Positions 40,172 to 50,944 of a stretch of 64,000 bases of DNA are shown one piece after another. The notes under the pieces were generated by a model that did no database searches, had not been told where the DNA came from, and was given only the letters and a program-made list of their open reading frames with translations. The position numbers were made by a program, and so were the translations under genes. The DNA lies in assembly GCA_027482225.1 (NCBI GenBank), contig JAIXWD010000005.1, positions 64,957 to 128,956 of the forward strand. Direction: 5' to 3'. The stretch comes from Bacteroidota bacterium (GTDB taxonomy: Bacteria; Bacteroidota; Bacteroidia; UKL13-3). Position 1 is the stretch's first letter, and each line of letters starts with the position of its first letter.

Positions 40172-41056
40172 ATGAAACTCGCTATATACGGCAGGGTTTA
40201 TAAAAAGGAATACCAAAAACAGCTGCAAAACCTGTTTGATTACTTAAACCAAAACGAAATTAGTTTTCTGGTTGAGGAATCCTTTCTCATTCAATGCAAA
40301 CAAGCCGAGATTAAGATAAAAGAAACAGATAGTTTTGATGGTTACGATATACTTAAGCAGTACGAGGTAGATTACATGATAAGTATTGGTGGAGATGGTA
40401 CGATGCTTGACTGTCTCACATATATACGAGATCTTCAGATTCCTGTATTAGGAATAAATAGCGGACGTCTCGGTTTTTTGGCAAGTGTAAGTATGGACGA
40501 ATCTCAAAAAGCTTTAGAAAACTTACGTAAAGGACATTTCCAAGTTGATAGCCGATCTGTACTCCAATTAGAATCAAACCAGCCACTTTTTGGTGGTGTA
40601 AAATATGCTTTAAATGATTTTGTAATTCACAAAAAGGATTCCTCTTCGATGATTATTATCCACTCATACATTAATGGTGAATTTTTAAATTCATATTGGA
40701 GTGATGGATTAATTATTTCTACCCCAACTGGCTCAACTGGTTATTCACTAAGTTGTGGAGGACCTATCCTTTATCCAACAAGCGCAAGCTTTGCAATTAC
40801 ACCAGTTGCTCCTCATAATTTAAATGTAAGACCTATAATTGTAAGCGACCAAAACGTATTGTCTTTCGAGATTGAGGGCCGAGCAACCAGCTACCTTGTC
40901 TCACTTGATTCTAGATCTGAATCTATAAACAGTAGCACACAACTTGCAGTTAGAAAAGCTGATTTTCAATTTCACCTCATTCGATTTAATGAAGAAAATT
41001 ATTTAAACACATTGCGTAAAAAATTAATGTGGGGGGTTGACAATAGAAATGCCTAA
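40172..41056 (+). CDS. nadK: NAD kinase
   Basis: GGDGT, GIN.GRLGFL, DGLIISTPTGSTGYSLSCGGP and PH.L..RP motifs. Confidence 0.95.
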   Translation: MKLAIYGRVYKKEYQKQLQNLFDYLNQNEISFLVEESFLIQCKQAEIKIKETDSFDGYDILKQYEVDYMISIGGDGTMLDCLTYIRDLQIPVLGINSGRLGFLASVSMDESQKALENLRKGHFQVDSRSVLQLESNQPLFGGVKYALNDFVIHKKDSSSMIIIHSYINGEFLNSYWSDGLIISTPTGSTGYSLSCGGPILYPTSASFAITPVAPHNLNVRPIIVSDQNVLSFEIEGRATSYLVSLDSRSESINSSTQLAVRKADFQFHLIRFNEENYLNTLRKKLMWGVDNRNA

Positions 41057-41091
41057 ATTGATTGCATTAAAAGGAATCAATCGCAATTGAC

Positions 41092-41121
41092 TTGGAATTA
41101 TAGTTTATTATAGTAGTTTTG
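41092..41121 (+). promoter_or_regulatory. Putative Bacteroidota sigma-70 promoter (TTG-N19-TAGTTTTG)
   Basis: ttg at 41092-41094 and tagttttg at 41114-41121, upstream of the ATG at 41143. Confidence 0.55.
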
Positions 41122-41142
41122 CACCATCTTAAACCCTTTAGA

Positions 41143-42039
41143 ATGAAAGTTCTCTTTAACATATCAACACTATTAATACTCTCCGCTACTATATGCGGAA
41201 ACGTATCTGCACAAAAATTAGACGTTGGTCTACTTTTGGGCGGTGCCTATTATTATGGTGATGTTGTTAACGAACTTGAACCTACTACAATGCGCGCAGC
41301 AGTTGGAGGTTTTCTTCGCTACAGACTTGGCACCCGCTTTGCAATAAAAGCATACGGAGGATTTAATAAAGTATCTGGCGATGACCAATTAAGCGAGAGC
41401 AAATGGCAAAAAGAGCGCAATTGGACATTTGAAACCAATATTCTTGAAGGTTCATTATTATTAGAATGGAACTTAATAGAAGACCGTAACAGAGGTAGAA
41501 GGTTTGCAAATCCATTCATTCCATATTTATTTGGAGGTGTGGGTATGTTCAATTTCACCCCAAAAAGTGACTATAATGGTGAATTACAAAGCCTAGCACC
41601 ACTTCAATTATCTGGTGTTGCATACACTCGAGACGCCATTTGTGTGCCATTTGGCCTCGGTGCCAGATACTACATTGCCCGTAAATTCCAAATAGGTTTA
41701 GAATTAGGAGTCCGTTATACAAATACCTCTTATATTGATGACATAGCCCCTGATAACGTATATCAAGACCCGAGTACAACACCATTCCCCACGCTAACCC
41801 AATATTATTACTCAAGGAGTTCAGCAAATAGAAACCCGGGTGATTTAAGAAGTAAAATGGGTAATGTAAAAGAAGGAACAGGATCTAACGGTTTAAATAA
41901 GTTTTTAGGTGCTAGCGATTTTTATGTTACTACAGGCTTAACGGCTTCGTATACAATTGGTGAGGCTAAAGGCGGAAGTTCTGGTGGAAGTCGAGGAAGA
42001 AACTATGGAAAATCCATTCGTTGTCCACGTTTTTACTAA
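41143..42039 (+). CDS. DUF6089/PorG-like outer-membrane beta-barrel protein, paralog 1
   Basis: Signal peptide. G...G.Y.GD, PY.F.G.G.F.F.PK, P.G.G and RYT.T.YIDD motifs. C-terminal IRCPRFY. Confidence 0.78.
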   Translation: MKVLFNISTLLILSATICGNVSAQKLDVGLLLGGAYYYGDVVNELEPTTMRAAVGGFLRYRLGTRFAIKAYGGFNKVSGDDQLSESKWQKERNWTFETNILEGSLLLEWNLIEDRNRGRRFANPFIPYLFGGVGMFNFTPKSDYNGELQSLAPLQLSGVAYTRDAICVPFGLGARYYIARKFQIGLELGVRYTNTSYIDDIAPDNVYQDPSTTPFPTLTQYYYSRSSANRNPGDLRSKMGNVKEGTGSNGLNKFLGASDFYVTTGLTASYTIGEAKGGSSGGSRGRNYGKSIRCPRFY

Positions 42040-42100
42040 TCAGTCATTAAAACATAAGCCATTAATTAATAATAGCTTAAGATACAACATTTGTAAACAT

Positions 42101-42130
42101 TTTGCGTTTTAAGGTATAAACCTATATTTG
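42101..42130 (+). promoter_or_regulatory. Putative promoter (TTTG-N18-TATATTTG)
   Basis: tttg at 42101-42104 and tatatttg at 42123-42130, upstream of the ATG at 42149. Confidence 0.5.
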
Positions 42131-42148
42131 TTTTTTATGGGGGTTAAT

Positions 42149-43009
42149 ATGATTTCAAAATTCAAGTACATTCTATTATTTTCATCTACTCTTTTTGTTG
42201 TGTCAATGCATGCTCAAAACATTGAGTTTGGAGTATATGGAGGTGTTTCGAATTACATAGGTGATGTAAGTGAGCAAAAGATGCGTTTTGATCAGTATCA
42301 TCCGAGTGCTGCAGTAATGGGAAGATATAATGTAAGCCAACGATTAGCCTTGAAAGGCATGATAGCCTATGGGAAAATCTCAGGAGCCGATTCTTTAGCC
42401 TCTAATGCCAAAAACAAGATGCGTAATACCAACTTTAATAGTGATATTTACGAGTTTTCTGTTCACGCTGAATATAATTTAGTTCCTAATAAATTATCAG
42501 ATAGAGGAGGTAGACCCTTTGTTCCATATATATTTGGTGGAATTGGAATCTTCCACTTCAATCCTAAAACTTCATTCCAAGGTAACGAGTACGAATTACA
42601 ACCACTAGGTACAGAAGGTCAAGGAACTACTCAATATAACAACTTAAAAAAATATGACCTAACCACGATTTGTTTACCTATGGGTGTGGGAATAAAAAAA
42701 CGTGTCTCACGTAGTTTTGTTGTAGGCGTTGAAGCTGGATTTCGCTTTACATTTACCAAATATCTAGATGATATTGGAGGAAAATATGCTAATGCCAACG
42801 TAGTTTCTCGAGCATACGGACCAACAGCTGGAAGTTTGGCTAACAGAACAGCTGAAGTGGCAACTGATTATCCTAATTTGCCAATTGCCATTGAAGGTGA
42901 TTTTAGAACAACACCAGGTATTATATTGGGTACCGACATGTATTTTTTAGCAGGATTTAGTATTTCTTATATTTTCCAGAACCCCGGCATATTATGCCCA
43001 CGACTTTAA
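42149..43009 (+). CDS. DUF6089/PorG-like beta-barrel protein, paralog 2
   Basis: GGVSNYIGD, RN.NF.SDI.E, LQPLGTEGQ and RFTFTKYLDD motifs. C-terminal ILCPRL. Confidence 0.8.
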   Translation: MISKFKYILLFSSTLFVVSMHAQNIEFGVYGGVSNYIGDVSEQKMRFDQYHPSAAVMGRYNVSQRLALKGMIAYGKISGADSLASNAKNKMRNTNFNSDIYEFSVHAEYNLVPNKLSDRGGRPFVPYIFGGIGIFHFNPKTSFQGNEYELQPLGTEGQGTTQYNNLKKYDLTTICLPMGVGIKKRVSRSFVVGVEAGFRFTFTKYLDDIGGKYANANVVSRAYGPTAGSLANRTAEVATDYPNLPIAIEGDFRTTPGIILGTDMYFLAGFSISYIFQNPGILCPRL

Positions 43010-43024
43010 GCGTTATACTTATTA

Positions 43025-43822
43025 GTGAAGTTCAAATCTCTTTCTTCAGCGCTATTCTTTTTTATTAGTATTTCAACTTTTGCTCAGAAAGTTGAATTTG
43101 GAATACATGCAGGCCTTGCTAATTACACAGGTGATGTGGCTCAGCATATGATTCTGAGTGAAACCAAAATAGCAGGTGGAATTTTTGCACGCTTAAATTT
43201 CAACAACACTTGGGCTATAACAGCAATTGGAACTCAATTACGTGTAAGTGGAAGCGATGAAAACTTTAGCTATAACAAAGCCCGTAACATTAAATTTAGA
43301 ACTGATGTTACGGAATTTGCTGGCCTAGTAGAATTTAACTACTTTAAATATGGAACAGGTGTTAGAGATAAACGATTTACCCCCTACTTATATTGGGGTT
43401 TAGGAGCAGCATTTTTTAACCCACAAGGATTTTACCAAAATGAATGGTATGATTTACAACAATACCAAACGGAAGGAAAAGCATACAATGGTATAGCACT
43501 TGTGATGCCTATGGGAATAGGAATAAAATGGATGCCTAATAAAAAGATGAGCCTAGAAGGAAGCTTAGGATTTAGAAAAACCTATACCGATTATTTAGAT
43601 GATGTAAGTAATACCTATGTTGATCCAAGCAAGCAATTAAATGAAAAAGGCATAGTTGGAGCAGCCTTGGCAGATCCATCCTATAATTTGAACGAAGGTG
43701 CCTTTATAAACAAAGCAGGATACCAAAGGGGAAATCCTGATTTTAACGATTTTTACTTCGTTACCAACATTAGTGTAACTTATCGCATATTTACACGTAT
43801 TAAGTGTGCGAGATTTTATTAA
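43025..43822 (+). CDS. DUF6089/PorG-like beta-barrel protein, paralog 3
   Basis: GLANYTGD, RNIKF, RKTYTDYLDDVS and RGNP..ND.Y motifs. C-terminal IKCARFY. Directly upstream of uppS-bamA. Confidence 0.82.
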   Translation: MKFKSLSSALFFFISISTFAQKVEFGIHAGLANYTGDVAQHMILSETKIAGGIFARLNFNNTWAITAIGTQLRVSGSDENFSYNKARNIKFRTDVTEFAGLVEFNYFKYGTGVRDKRFTPYLYWGLGAAFFNPQGFYQNEWYDLQQYQTEGKAYNGIALVMPMGIGIKWMPNKKMSLEGSLGFRKTYTDYLDDVSNTYVDPSKQLNEKGIVGAALADPSYNLNEGAFINKAGYQRGNPDFNDFYFVTNISVTYRIFTRIKCARFY

Positions 43823-43852
43823 ATTCGCTACCTTATATTTTTTAAACCTAAA

Positions 43853-44596
43853 ATGAGCCTCAAAAGTAAGATTGACGCGCAGAGATTGCCAGAACACATT
43901 GCCATAATTATGGACGGTAATGGCCGTTGGGCTAAAGAGAAAGGCAAGTTTCGTATTTTTGGACACCAAAATGGAGTAAAATCGGTTAGAGAGGCTACTG
44001 AAGCTGCTGCCGAGTTAGGTGTTAAATATTTAACACTATATGCATTTTCTACAGAAAATTGGAATCGTCCACAATTAGAGGTTATAGCATTAATGGAATT
44101 GTTGGTTTCTACCATTAGAAAAGAAACCAATACCTTAATGAAAAATAATATTCGCTTACAAGCAATAGGCAACATGGATGATTTGCCACCAAAATGCTTT
44201 AAGGAACTAAAGGCGGCTATAGATGAAACGCAAAATAACACACGAATGACGCTTGTACTTGCGCTTAGTTACAGCGCCAAATGGGACATCACCAATGCCG
44301 TTAAAAGTATAGCACATAAAGTAAAAGAAGGAAAATTGCTACCGAGCGATATTACAGACCAAACAATAGATGAACATTTATCAACAAATGGAATTCCAAA
44401 CCCAGCATTGATGATACGTACAAGTGGTGAACATCGTATTAGCAATTTTTTACTTTGGGAATTAGCCTATAGTGAATTTTATTTTACCGATACACTTTGG
44501 CCTGATTTTAACAAAGAACATTTATATGAGGCCATACTTAATTTCCAACAAAGAGAGAGGCGCTTCGGTAAAACAAGCGAGCAATTAGCCATTTAA
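43853..44596 (+). CDS. uppS: Undecaprenyl diphosphate synthase
   Basis: [39 protein letters not shown] and RERRFG motifs. Confidence 0.97.
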   Translation: MSLKSKIDAQRLPEHIAIIMDGNGRWAKEKGKFRIFGHQNGVKSVREATEAAAELGVKYLTLYAFSTENWNRPQLEVIALMELLVSTIRKETNTLMKNNIRLQAIGNMDDLPPKCFKELKAAIDETQNNTRMTLVLALSYSAKWDITNAVKSIAHKVKEGKLLPSDITDQTIDEHLSTNGIPNPALMIRTSGEHRISNFLLWELAYSEFYFTDTLWPDFNKEHLYEAILNFQQRERRFGKTSEQLAI

Positions 44597-47151
44597 TGAA
44601 AGCATCAAAACATATTTTTCTAATACTTTTAAACGTACTTGTTGCATCAATTACTTTTGCACAAGATACTAGCTCCATTTCAAAGTCTAAAATGGGATAC
44701 ATTGATTATAGTTTCCCAAAAACATATGAAATTACAGGTGTATTGATTAGTGGAACGAATTACTATGATAAGAGCGTGCTACAAGTTCTATCTGGATTAG
44801 AAATTGGCCAAAAAATTAAAATCCCCGGAGACGACATCACAAAAGCAATTAATAATTTATGGAAGCAAAAGTTATTTGATGATGTAAAAATTAGTATCCT
44901 TGATATTACAGATGATAAAGTTTCACTTGAAATATCGTTAAGAGAAAAACCACGTTTATCTAACTTTACCATCAAAGGTCTTCGTAAAAGTAAAGCAACC
45001 AATTTACGTGATGAACTTACCATTAAATCTGGTCAAATTATTACGGATAACATGCTAAACTCTACCCGTAAACAAATTAAAAAATATTTTATTGATAAAG
45101 GTTTTTTAGATGCAGATGCAACATTTGAGATTATTCCTGATGATCCACGTAAAAACACATCAAAACTTCGTATAACGGTTAACCAAGGTGAAAAGATTAA
45201 AATAAATAATATTCAATTTTACGGCAATACTACAGTTCCATCAAAAAAACTGAAGAGTGCACTTAAAAAAACTAAAGAACGTAAACGCCTACTTTCAAAG
45301 TCTAGATACATTGAGAGTGAATATGAAGAAGATAAGAAGAAAATTATAGAAAAGTACCTAACTTTAGGATATCGTGATGTTGAAATAATTAAAGACAGTG
45401 TTTATCGCTTCGATAAAAAATCAATTAATATAAATATTACCCTTAACGAAGGAACCAAATACTATTATCGTGACATTAAATTTATTGGTAACAACAAATA
45501 CACAAGCCAACAATTACACGAAATTCTAAAAATAAAACGTGGTGATGTATACAATCAAGCAATACTAGAATCTAGGTTAAACATGAGCCAAACCGAGTTA
45601 GATATCAGTACTTTATACATGGATGACGGATATTTATTTTTTAGAATTGAACCTGTTGAAGTATTGGTTGAAAGCGACTCCATTGACTTAGAGTTACGCA
45701 TAAGTGAAGGACCACAAGCTCGAATTAATAAAGTTACGGTTGTGGGTAATACCAAAACCAGCGACCATGTAATTTTACGCGAATTGCGTACTAAACCAGG
45801 TCAATTATTCAGTCGTAGCGATATTACACGTAGTTTACGCGAGTTAGCTACTGTTGGTTATTTTAATCCTGAGGCGTTAAACGTAAATCCTGTTCCTCAT
45901 CCAGAGAATGGTACCGTTGATATTGAATATAAAGTTGAAGAACGACCTAACGATCAAATTGAACTATCAGCTGGATGGGGTATGTTTAGTGTTGTGGGCA
46001 CATTAGGTCTAACTCTTAATAATTTTTCTACCCGAAAAATGTTCGATTCTAAGGCATGGACTCCCGTACCCAGTGGCGATGGACAACGACTTAGTATACG
46101 TGCGCAAAGCAATGGTACTTTCTTTCAATCATATAGTGCATCATTTACTGAACCCTGGTTAGGTGGTAAAAAACCAAATGCGTTAACTGTTTCAATTTAC
46201 CATTCTGTACAAAGTAATGGATACCGCAAAGGAGAGGCAATGCGCTCTGCCTTATTTACAACGGGAGGAAGTATAGGTATAGCCAAACGTTTAAAATGGC
46301 CTGATGATTATTTCGTGGCTCAATACTCATTAAATATGCAACGTTACAATAACATGTACGATGTATTTGGAAAAAGTTATATAGCTAGTGTGCCAGAAGG
46401 TATTTCGAACAGTTTCAGTTTTCGTTATGTATTATCACGTAACTCTACCAATCAAACCATCTATCCAAGTAGTGGTTCAAATATTTCATTATCTATACAA
46501 GCTACACCACCATATTCTGCATTTAATGGTGTTGATTATAAAACATTAGATCCATCAAAAAGGTATCGTCTACTTGAATTTCATAAATGGAAATTTGATG
46601 CAACTTTCTTTACTCCAATTGTTGGTAAGCTAGTTATCATGAGCCGCGCAAACTTTGGATTTATTGGCACATACAACCCAGCTGTTGGCATGACCCCATT
46701 TGAGCGTTTTTGGGTTGGTGGAGCAGGCTTGATGGGATGGAATTTAGATGGCCGCGAATTAGTTGCACTTAGAGGATATCAAGACAACTCTTTAACACCC
46801 ATTAAGAGTGAAAGATACAATACTACGCTTGGAACAATTGAGCAACAAGTACGTGAAGGTGGAACTATTTACAATAGATATACCTTTGAATTACGATACC
46901 CTATATCTTTAAATCCACAAGCTACTGTATTCCCGCTTTTATTTGCAGAAGCAGGAGGCGCTTGGTTGAACTTTAAAGATTATAACCCTTTTCAAATTTA
47001 TCGTTCGGTAGGTGCAGGTGTGCGTATTTTCTTACCTATGTTTGGTATGATTGGATTAGATTATGGTTATGGATTTGATGCACCAACATACTCTGTTGAT
47101 GGCCAATACAACCGTGGTAATTTCCACTTCTTAATTGGACAACAATTCTAA
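44596..47151 (+). CDS. bamA: Outer membrane protein assembly factor BamA
   Basis: POTRA repeats (GNTKT.D.VI.RELRT.PG), LRGY loop-6 motif and C-terminal FLIGQQF. Confidence 0.95.
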   Translation: MKASKHIFLILLNVLVASITFAQDTSSISKSKMGYIDYSFPKTYEITGVLISGTNYYDKSVLQVLSGLEIGQKIKIPGDDITKAINNLWKQKLFDDVKISILDITDDKVSLEISLREKPRLSNFTIKGLRKSKATNLRDELTIKSGQIITDNMLNSTRKQIKKYFIDKGFLDADATFEIIPDDPRKNTSKLRITVNQGEKIKINNIQFYGNTTVPSKKLKSALKKTKERKRLLSKSRYIESEYEEDKKKIIEKYLTLGYRDVEIIKDSVYRFDKKSININITLNEGTKYYYRDIKFIGNNKYTSQQLHEILKIKRGDVYNQAILESRLNMSQTELDISTLYMDDGYLFFRIEPVEVLVESDSIDLELRISEGPQARINKVTVVGNTKTSDHVILRELRTKPGQLFSRSDITRSLRELATVGYFNPEALNVNPVPHPENGTVDIEYKVEERPNDQIELSAGWGMFSVVGTLGLTLNNFSTRKMFDSKAWTPVPSGDGQRLSIRAQSNGTFFQSYSASFTEPWLGGKKPNALTVSIYHSVQSNGYRKGEAMRSALFTTGGSIGIAKRLKWPDDYFVAQYSLNMQRYNNMYDVFGKSYIASVPEGISNSFSFRYVLSRNSTNQTIYPSSGSNISLSIQATPPYSAFNGVDYKTLDPSKRYRLLEFHKWKFDATFFTPIVGKLVIMSRANFGFIGTYNPAVGMTPFERFWVGGAGLMGWNLDGRELVALRGYQDNSLTPIKSERYNTTLGTIEQQVREGGTIYNRYTFELRYPISLNPQATVFPLLFAEAGGAWLNFKDYNPFQIYRSVGAGVRIFLPMFGMIGLDYGYGFDAPTYSVDGQYNRGNFHFLIGQQF

Positions 47152-47170
47152 TCATATATAAAATAAACCA

Positions 47171-47734
47171 ATGATGAAAAAGATTTTTTTGTTAATTTTA
47201 TTGGCTGGCACTGCTTTTGTTAACACCAATGCACAACGTTTTGCTTACGTTGATACCGAATATATTTTAGATATGCTTCCTGAATACCGCTCGGCACAAA
47301 AACAGTTAGAGCAACTTTCTGCTGATTGGGAAAAAGAAATTGAAAAAAAACAGCTAGCTATCGATAAAATGTATCGCGATTTTACCGCTGAACAAGTTTT
47401 ATTAACTGAAGAGTTAAGAAAAAAAAGAGAGCAAGAAATTAAAGATAAAGAAAAGGAATTACGTGACTATAGAAACCAAAAATTTGGTTACGAAGGTGAA
47501 TTATTTAAAAAAAGACAAGAATTGATAAAACCTATACAAGATAAAGTTTTTGATGCCGTGCAAAAAGTTGCGAAACAAGGCGCTTTAGATTTTATATTTG
47601 CCAAAGGAAGCGAGATAATTATGTTGTATTCAAATGCCAAATACGATAAAAGTGATGAGGTATTAACTGAGCTAGGTGTAGCAGTAACTAAAAATAAAGA
47701 CAACCAAAATTTGCAAAAGAAAGACAATAAATAA
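47171..47734 (+). CDS. skp: OmpH/Skp periplasmic chaperone 1
   Basis: AQRFAYVD.EYIL...PEY, coiled coil and LIKPIQDKV. Downstream of bamA. Confidence 0.9.
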   Translation: MMKKIFLLILLAGTAFVNTNAQRFAYVDTEYILDMLPEYRSAQKQLEQLSADWEKEIEKKQLAIDKMYRDFTAEQVLLTEELRKKREQEIKDKEKELRDYRNQKFGYEGELFKKRQELIKPIQDKVFDAVQKVAKQGALDFIFAKGSEIIMLYSNAKYDKSDEVLTELGVAVTKNKDNQNLQKKDNK

Positions 47735-47739
47735 ATACC

Positions 47740-48255
47740 ATGAAAAAAACAATTATTACCTTGGCTATTGCTATAGCCACCTTTTTTGGCAACACAGCAG
47801 CCAATGCACAAAACAAATTTGCTTACATCGATTTTCAAGAACTAATGCGTATGATGCCTGAATACAAAAAGGCAACTACGGATATGGAAGCATTTAGCAA
47901 AACATTGCAAGATGAATTGAAAAAAATGAGCGATGAGTTTGAAACCAAATTGGCTGCTTACCAAAAAAATCAAGCAACAATGAGTGAAGCTATTAAAGAT
48001 TTACGTGAGAAAGAATTACGTGATATGCAAAGTCGTATTCAAGAGTTTCAAGAAAATGCACAAGAAAACGCACGTAACAAAGAACAAGAGTTATTAAAGC
48101 CAATAATTGAAAAAGCTAAAACTACAATTAGTACTGTTGCAAAAGAAGGTGGTTACTCTTATGTATTTGATAGCAGCCCGGGAACACCATTGTTACACAA
48201 ACCAGATGGTGATAACATTATGGGTGCCGTTAAAAAGAAACTAGGCATTATCTAA
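47740..48255 (+). CDS. skp: OmpH/Skp periplasmic chaperone 2
   Basis: AQNKFAYID...MPEY, LLKPI and VAKE.GY.YVFD motifs. Confidence 0.9.
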   Translation: MKKTIITLAIAIATFFGNTAANAQNKFAYIDFQELMRMMPEYKKATTDMEAFSKTLQDELKKMSDEFETKLAAYQKNQATMSEAIKDLREKELRDMQSRIQEFQENAQENARNKEQELLKPIIEKAKTTISTVAKEGGYSYVFDSSPGTPLLHKPDGDNIMGAVKKKLGII

Positions 48256-48276
48256 TTATCTAGAATAATATTTAAC

Positions 48277-48312
48277 AAAAAATCCCGATGGTATTTGCTA
48301 TCGGGATTTTTT
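48277..48312. terminator. Bidirectional intrinsic terminator
   Basis: aaaaaatcccgatggt-attt-gctatcgggatttttt between convergent genes. Confidence 0.85.
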
Positions 48313-48332
48313 ATGTAAGAAATAATCTGCTA

Positions 48333-50828
48333 CTAATATTCCATATCCATTCCACCGCCATTACTATCTCCGCGTCTTTGGTTACTGCGTTTTCTGAAAA
48401 GAGATGCCTCCATCTCTCCAAATCTCCATGTTACACTTAAGCGCACAAAACGGGTTTCGCGTCTACGACTAATATTTTGTTCCATCACATTGCTTTCATA
48501 GAAAGTACCAAAGCGTCTGGTGTTAAAGACATCATTAACAACCAAGTTAAAACTTAGCTTTTTCATAATCTCCTTGTTTAAAGAAATGTCCAACGAGTAT
48601 TGATCGAGCGTTTTGCCCTGCGGAATAATTCTTGGCGCTTCGTAATTACCATTTACTTGTACTGTGTATTGTTTAGGTAACTTATAACTTACCATACCTT
48701 TTGTATTCCAGCTAAAGCCGCTGTTTTGAATGGTAGTATTTCCAACATTAGCACTAATATCTGTATAAAAACCATTTAAGTTAATGGTAACATCAAGCTT
48801 CTTTTTTAAGAAGCTGATTTTGAAATTATTTTCCCAACCCATGTTATACATGGTATTCCCATTAATAAAGGTATTCAATAACACATCTGAAGTATCATTA
48901 TACTTTTGAGCAAATTGTGTAATGGCCCCTTCTGTTTGTTTTATATATACAGATGTAAATAAATTACCATTTGTGAATATGCGATTATAATTTACTTCTG
49001 CCGAATTGATAAACTCAGGACGTAATAATGGGTTTCCTGTACGGTAATTCATTTTATCGGCAAACATAATAAATGGCATTACCTGCATAAATCCAGGTCG
49101 ACTAATTTTACGCGTGAAATTTGTTTGAATTTCGTGTTTTTCACCAATGCGTTTTGTTAAATAAATACTTGGGAAAAATGCCTTGGCCAAATTCGACATT
49201 CCATCAGGATATAAATACGCAACCGATTGATTTTTTCCGAGTAATTCACCAATAAAACGAGTTTGCTCAAAACGTAAACCCACCATGTATCCAATACCCA
49301 TCTGTTTAAACATACTTGAGTAAGTAGCGTAAGCAGCATTTACCATGTCACTAATTTTAAAGTTATTTGATAAGGTGGAGTCCATCAAAACCTCACCAGA
49401 GGCATTGTTACGGTATCCCACATTAAGTATTGAAAGATCTTCTTTATAATTACTCCGAATACCAAACTCCCATTTAGCCGTATCAGTAATAGGATTGGTA
49501 AAATCCAGCTGATAAGTAAAAATATTACTATTACCTGAACCTCTGTTTAACTGGAATTCTTGCGCTTTAATAGGTTGGCCATTGCTATAATAATTATTGG
49601 TAACAAAATCGCTGTTGGCTTTACGTTCACCGCGACTATAGGTAATATCAGTAGATAACTCCCTTCCTTTTCTCGGATAAGTTTTACGCAATTGTAATTG
49701 TGTGTTGTAGTTACCCCAAAGTGTATTACCAATGGTACTACGTGTACCATAGGTTAACGTTTTATTCGAAGCATCAAGATCAATGAACGACTGTGATTCA
49801 TCAGATTCATATCCTCCACGCATCATGCCTTGGCTTAACGTTAAAGTAGTACGGTTAGTTATGCTGTAATCGTATGCAATGCGGCCACTTTGCATTAAAT
49901 TCTCCATGGTTACTTCGTTTTCTTGATTATAAAAACCATTGGTTTCTCCATTGCTAATCAACCTACGATTGGTATATCCCCTAGTTGGGTTTTTAGATAA
50001 GTTTGCGTTGTATGAAATGCTAAAGTTACTTCTACCCTCTTTGATGTTCAAATTAACCATACCGTTGTATCTATTTGGAAAACCGGCTCCCAACGTTATT
50101 AATCCATTGTACCCAGGTTTGGTATTCTTTTTCAATACTATATTTAATATACCTCCTGATGTTGAAGCGTCATATTTTGCAGAGGGATTAGTTATCACTT
50201 CAATCCTATCAATTTGATCTGAAGGAATTTGTTCTAACGTTAAATTGGTTGGCCGACCATCCACAAAAATAGTAGGACTGCTATTTCTTAAAGTTACTCC
50301 ACCATCTACATCTACAGACAAACCTGGAATGTTTTTTACAGCATCAATCCCTGTTCCTCCTCGGGCCGAAATATCTTTATCTACCGTATAAATTCTCCTA
50401 TCAACTGTCATAATTACAGCAGCGCGCTCACCCTCTACTACTATTTCTTTTAAACTTTTTGCATCAACCTGTAACGTAATATTTCCTAAATCTTGCTCAA
50501 TATTATTTGGGCTAATAGATACTTGTTGTGTTATTGTTTGATAACCAATAAATGTGATGCGCAAACGATATCGCCCCATGGGCAGCTTATCTAAGTTAAA
50601 ATCACCATTTGCTTTGGCAAGAATACCACTGATGATGCTGTCTTTTTGCATAGCCAATAGGGTAACAGCAGCAAAGTCTACTGGTTGTTTTGATTTTGAA
50701 TCTACCACCTTACCATACAAACGACCTATGGCTGGCATAGTTCGCATACCACCCATATTTGGGCGCTGAGCAAACGTTGATAATGATGATACTATTATTA
50801 GAAATAATGCTGAATAAATTTTTTGCAT
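48333..50828 (-). CDS. TonB-dependent receptor-like outer-membrane beta-barrel protein
   Basis: N-terminal carboxypeptidase-regulatory-like domain, plug motif IEVITNPSAKYDA...GGILNIVLKK, and GNP.LRPE. Confidence 0.88.
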   Translation of the reverse strand: MQKIYSALFLIIVSSLSTFAQRPNMGGMRTMPAIGRLYGKVVDSKSKQPVDFAAVTLLAMQKDSIISGILAKANGDFNLDKLPMGRYRLRITFIGYQTITQQVSISPNNIEQDLGNITLQVDAKSLKEIVVEGERAAVIMTVDRRIYTVDKDISARGGTGIDAVKNIPGLSVDVDGGVTLRNSSPTIFVDGRPTNLTLEQIPSDQIDRIEVITNPSAKYDASTSGGILNIVLKKNTKPGYNGLITLGAGFPNRYNGMVNLNIKEGRSNFSISYNANLSKNPTRGYTNRRLISNGETNGFYNQENEVTMENLMQSGRIAYDYSITNRTTLTLSQGMMRGGYESDESQSFIDLDASNKTLTYGTRSTIGNTLWGNYNTQLQLRKTYPRKGRELSTDITYSRGERKANSDFVTNNYYSNGQPIKAQEFQLNRGSGNSNIFTYQLDFTNPITDTAKWEFGIRSNYKEDLSILNVGYRNNASGEVLMDSTLSNNFKISDMVNAAYATYSSMFKQMGIGYMVGLRFEQTRFIGELLGKNQSVAYLYPDGMSNLAKAFFPSIYLTKRIGEKHEIQTNFTRKISRPGFMQVMPFIMFADKMNYRTGNPLLRPEFINSAEVNYNRIFTNGNLFTSVYIKQTEGAITQFAQKYNDTSDVLLNTFINGNTMYNMGWENNFKISFLKKKLDVTINLNGFYTDISANVGNTTIQNSGFSWNTKGMVSYKLPKQYTVQVNGNYEAPRIIPQGKTLDQYSLDISLNKEIMKKLSFNLVVNDVFNTRRFGTFYESNVMEQNISRRRETRFVRLSVTWRFGEMEASLFRKRSNQRRGDSNGGGMDMEY

Positions 50829-50944
50829 GCTAAATATTAACTATTTAATAAAAACTAAGACCGCAATACCAAACAAAAGTTTAATTAAACTGTAACTTTT
50901 GAAGTATGCTATATACAATCTGTTATAAGTAAAATGATTAAACC

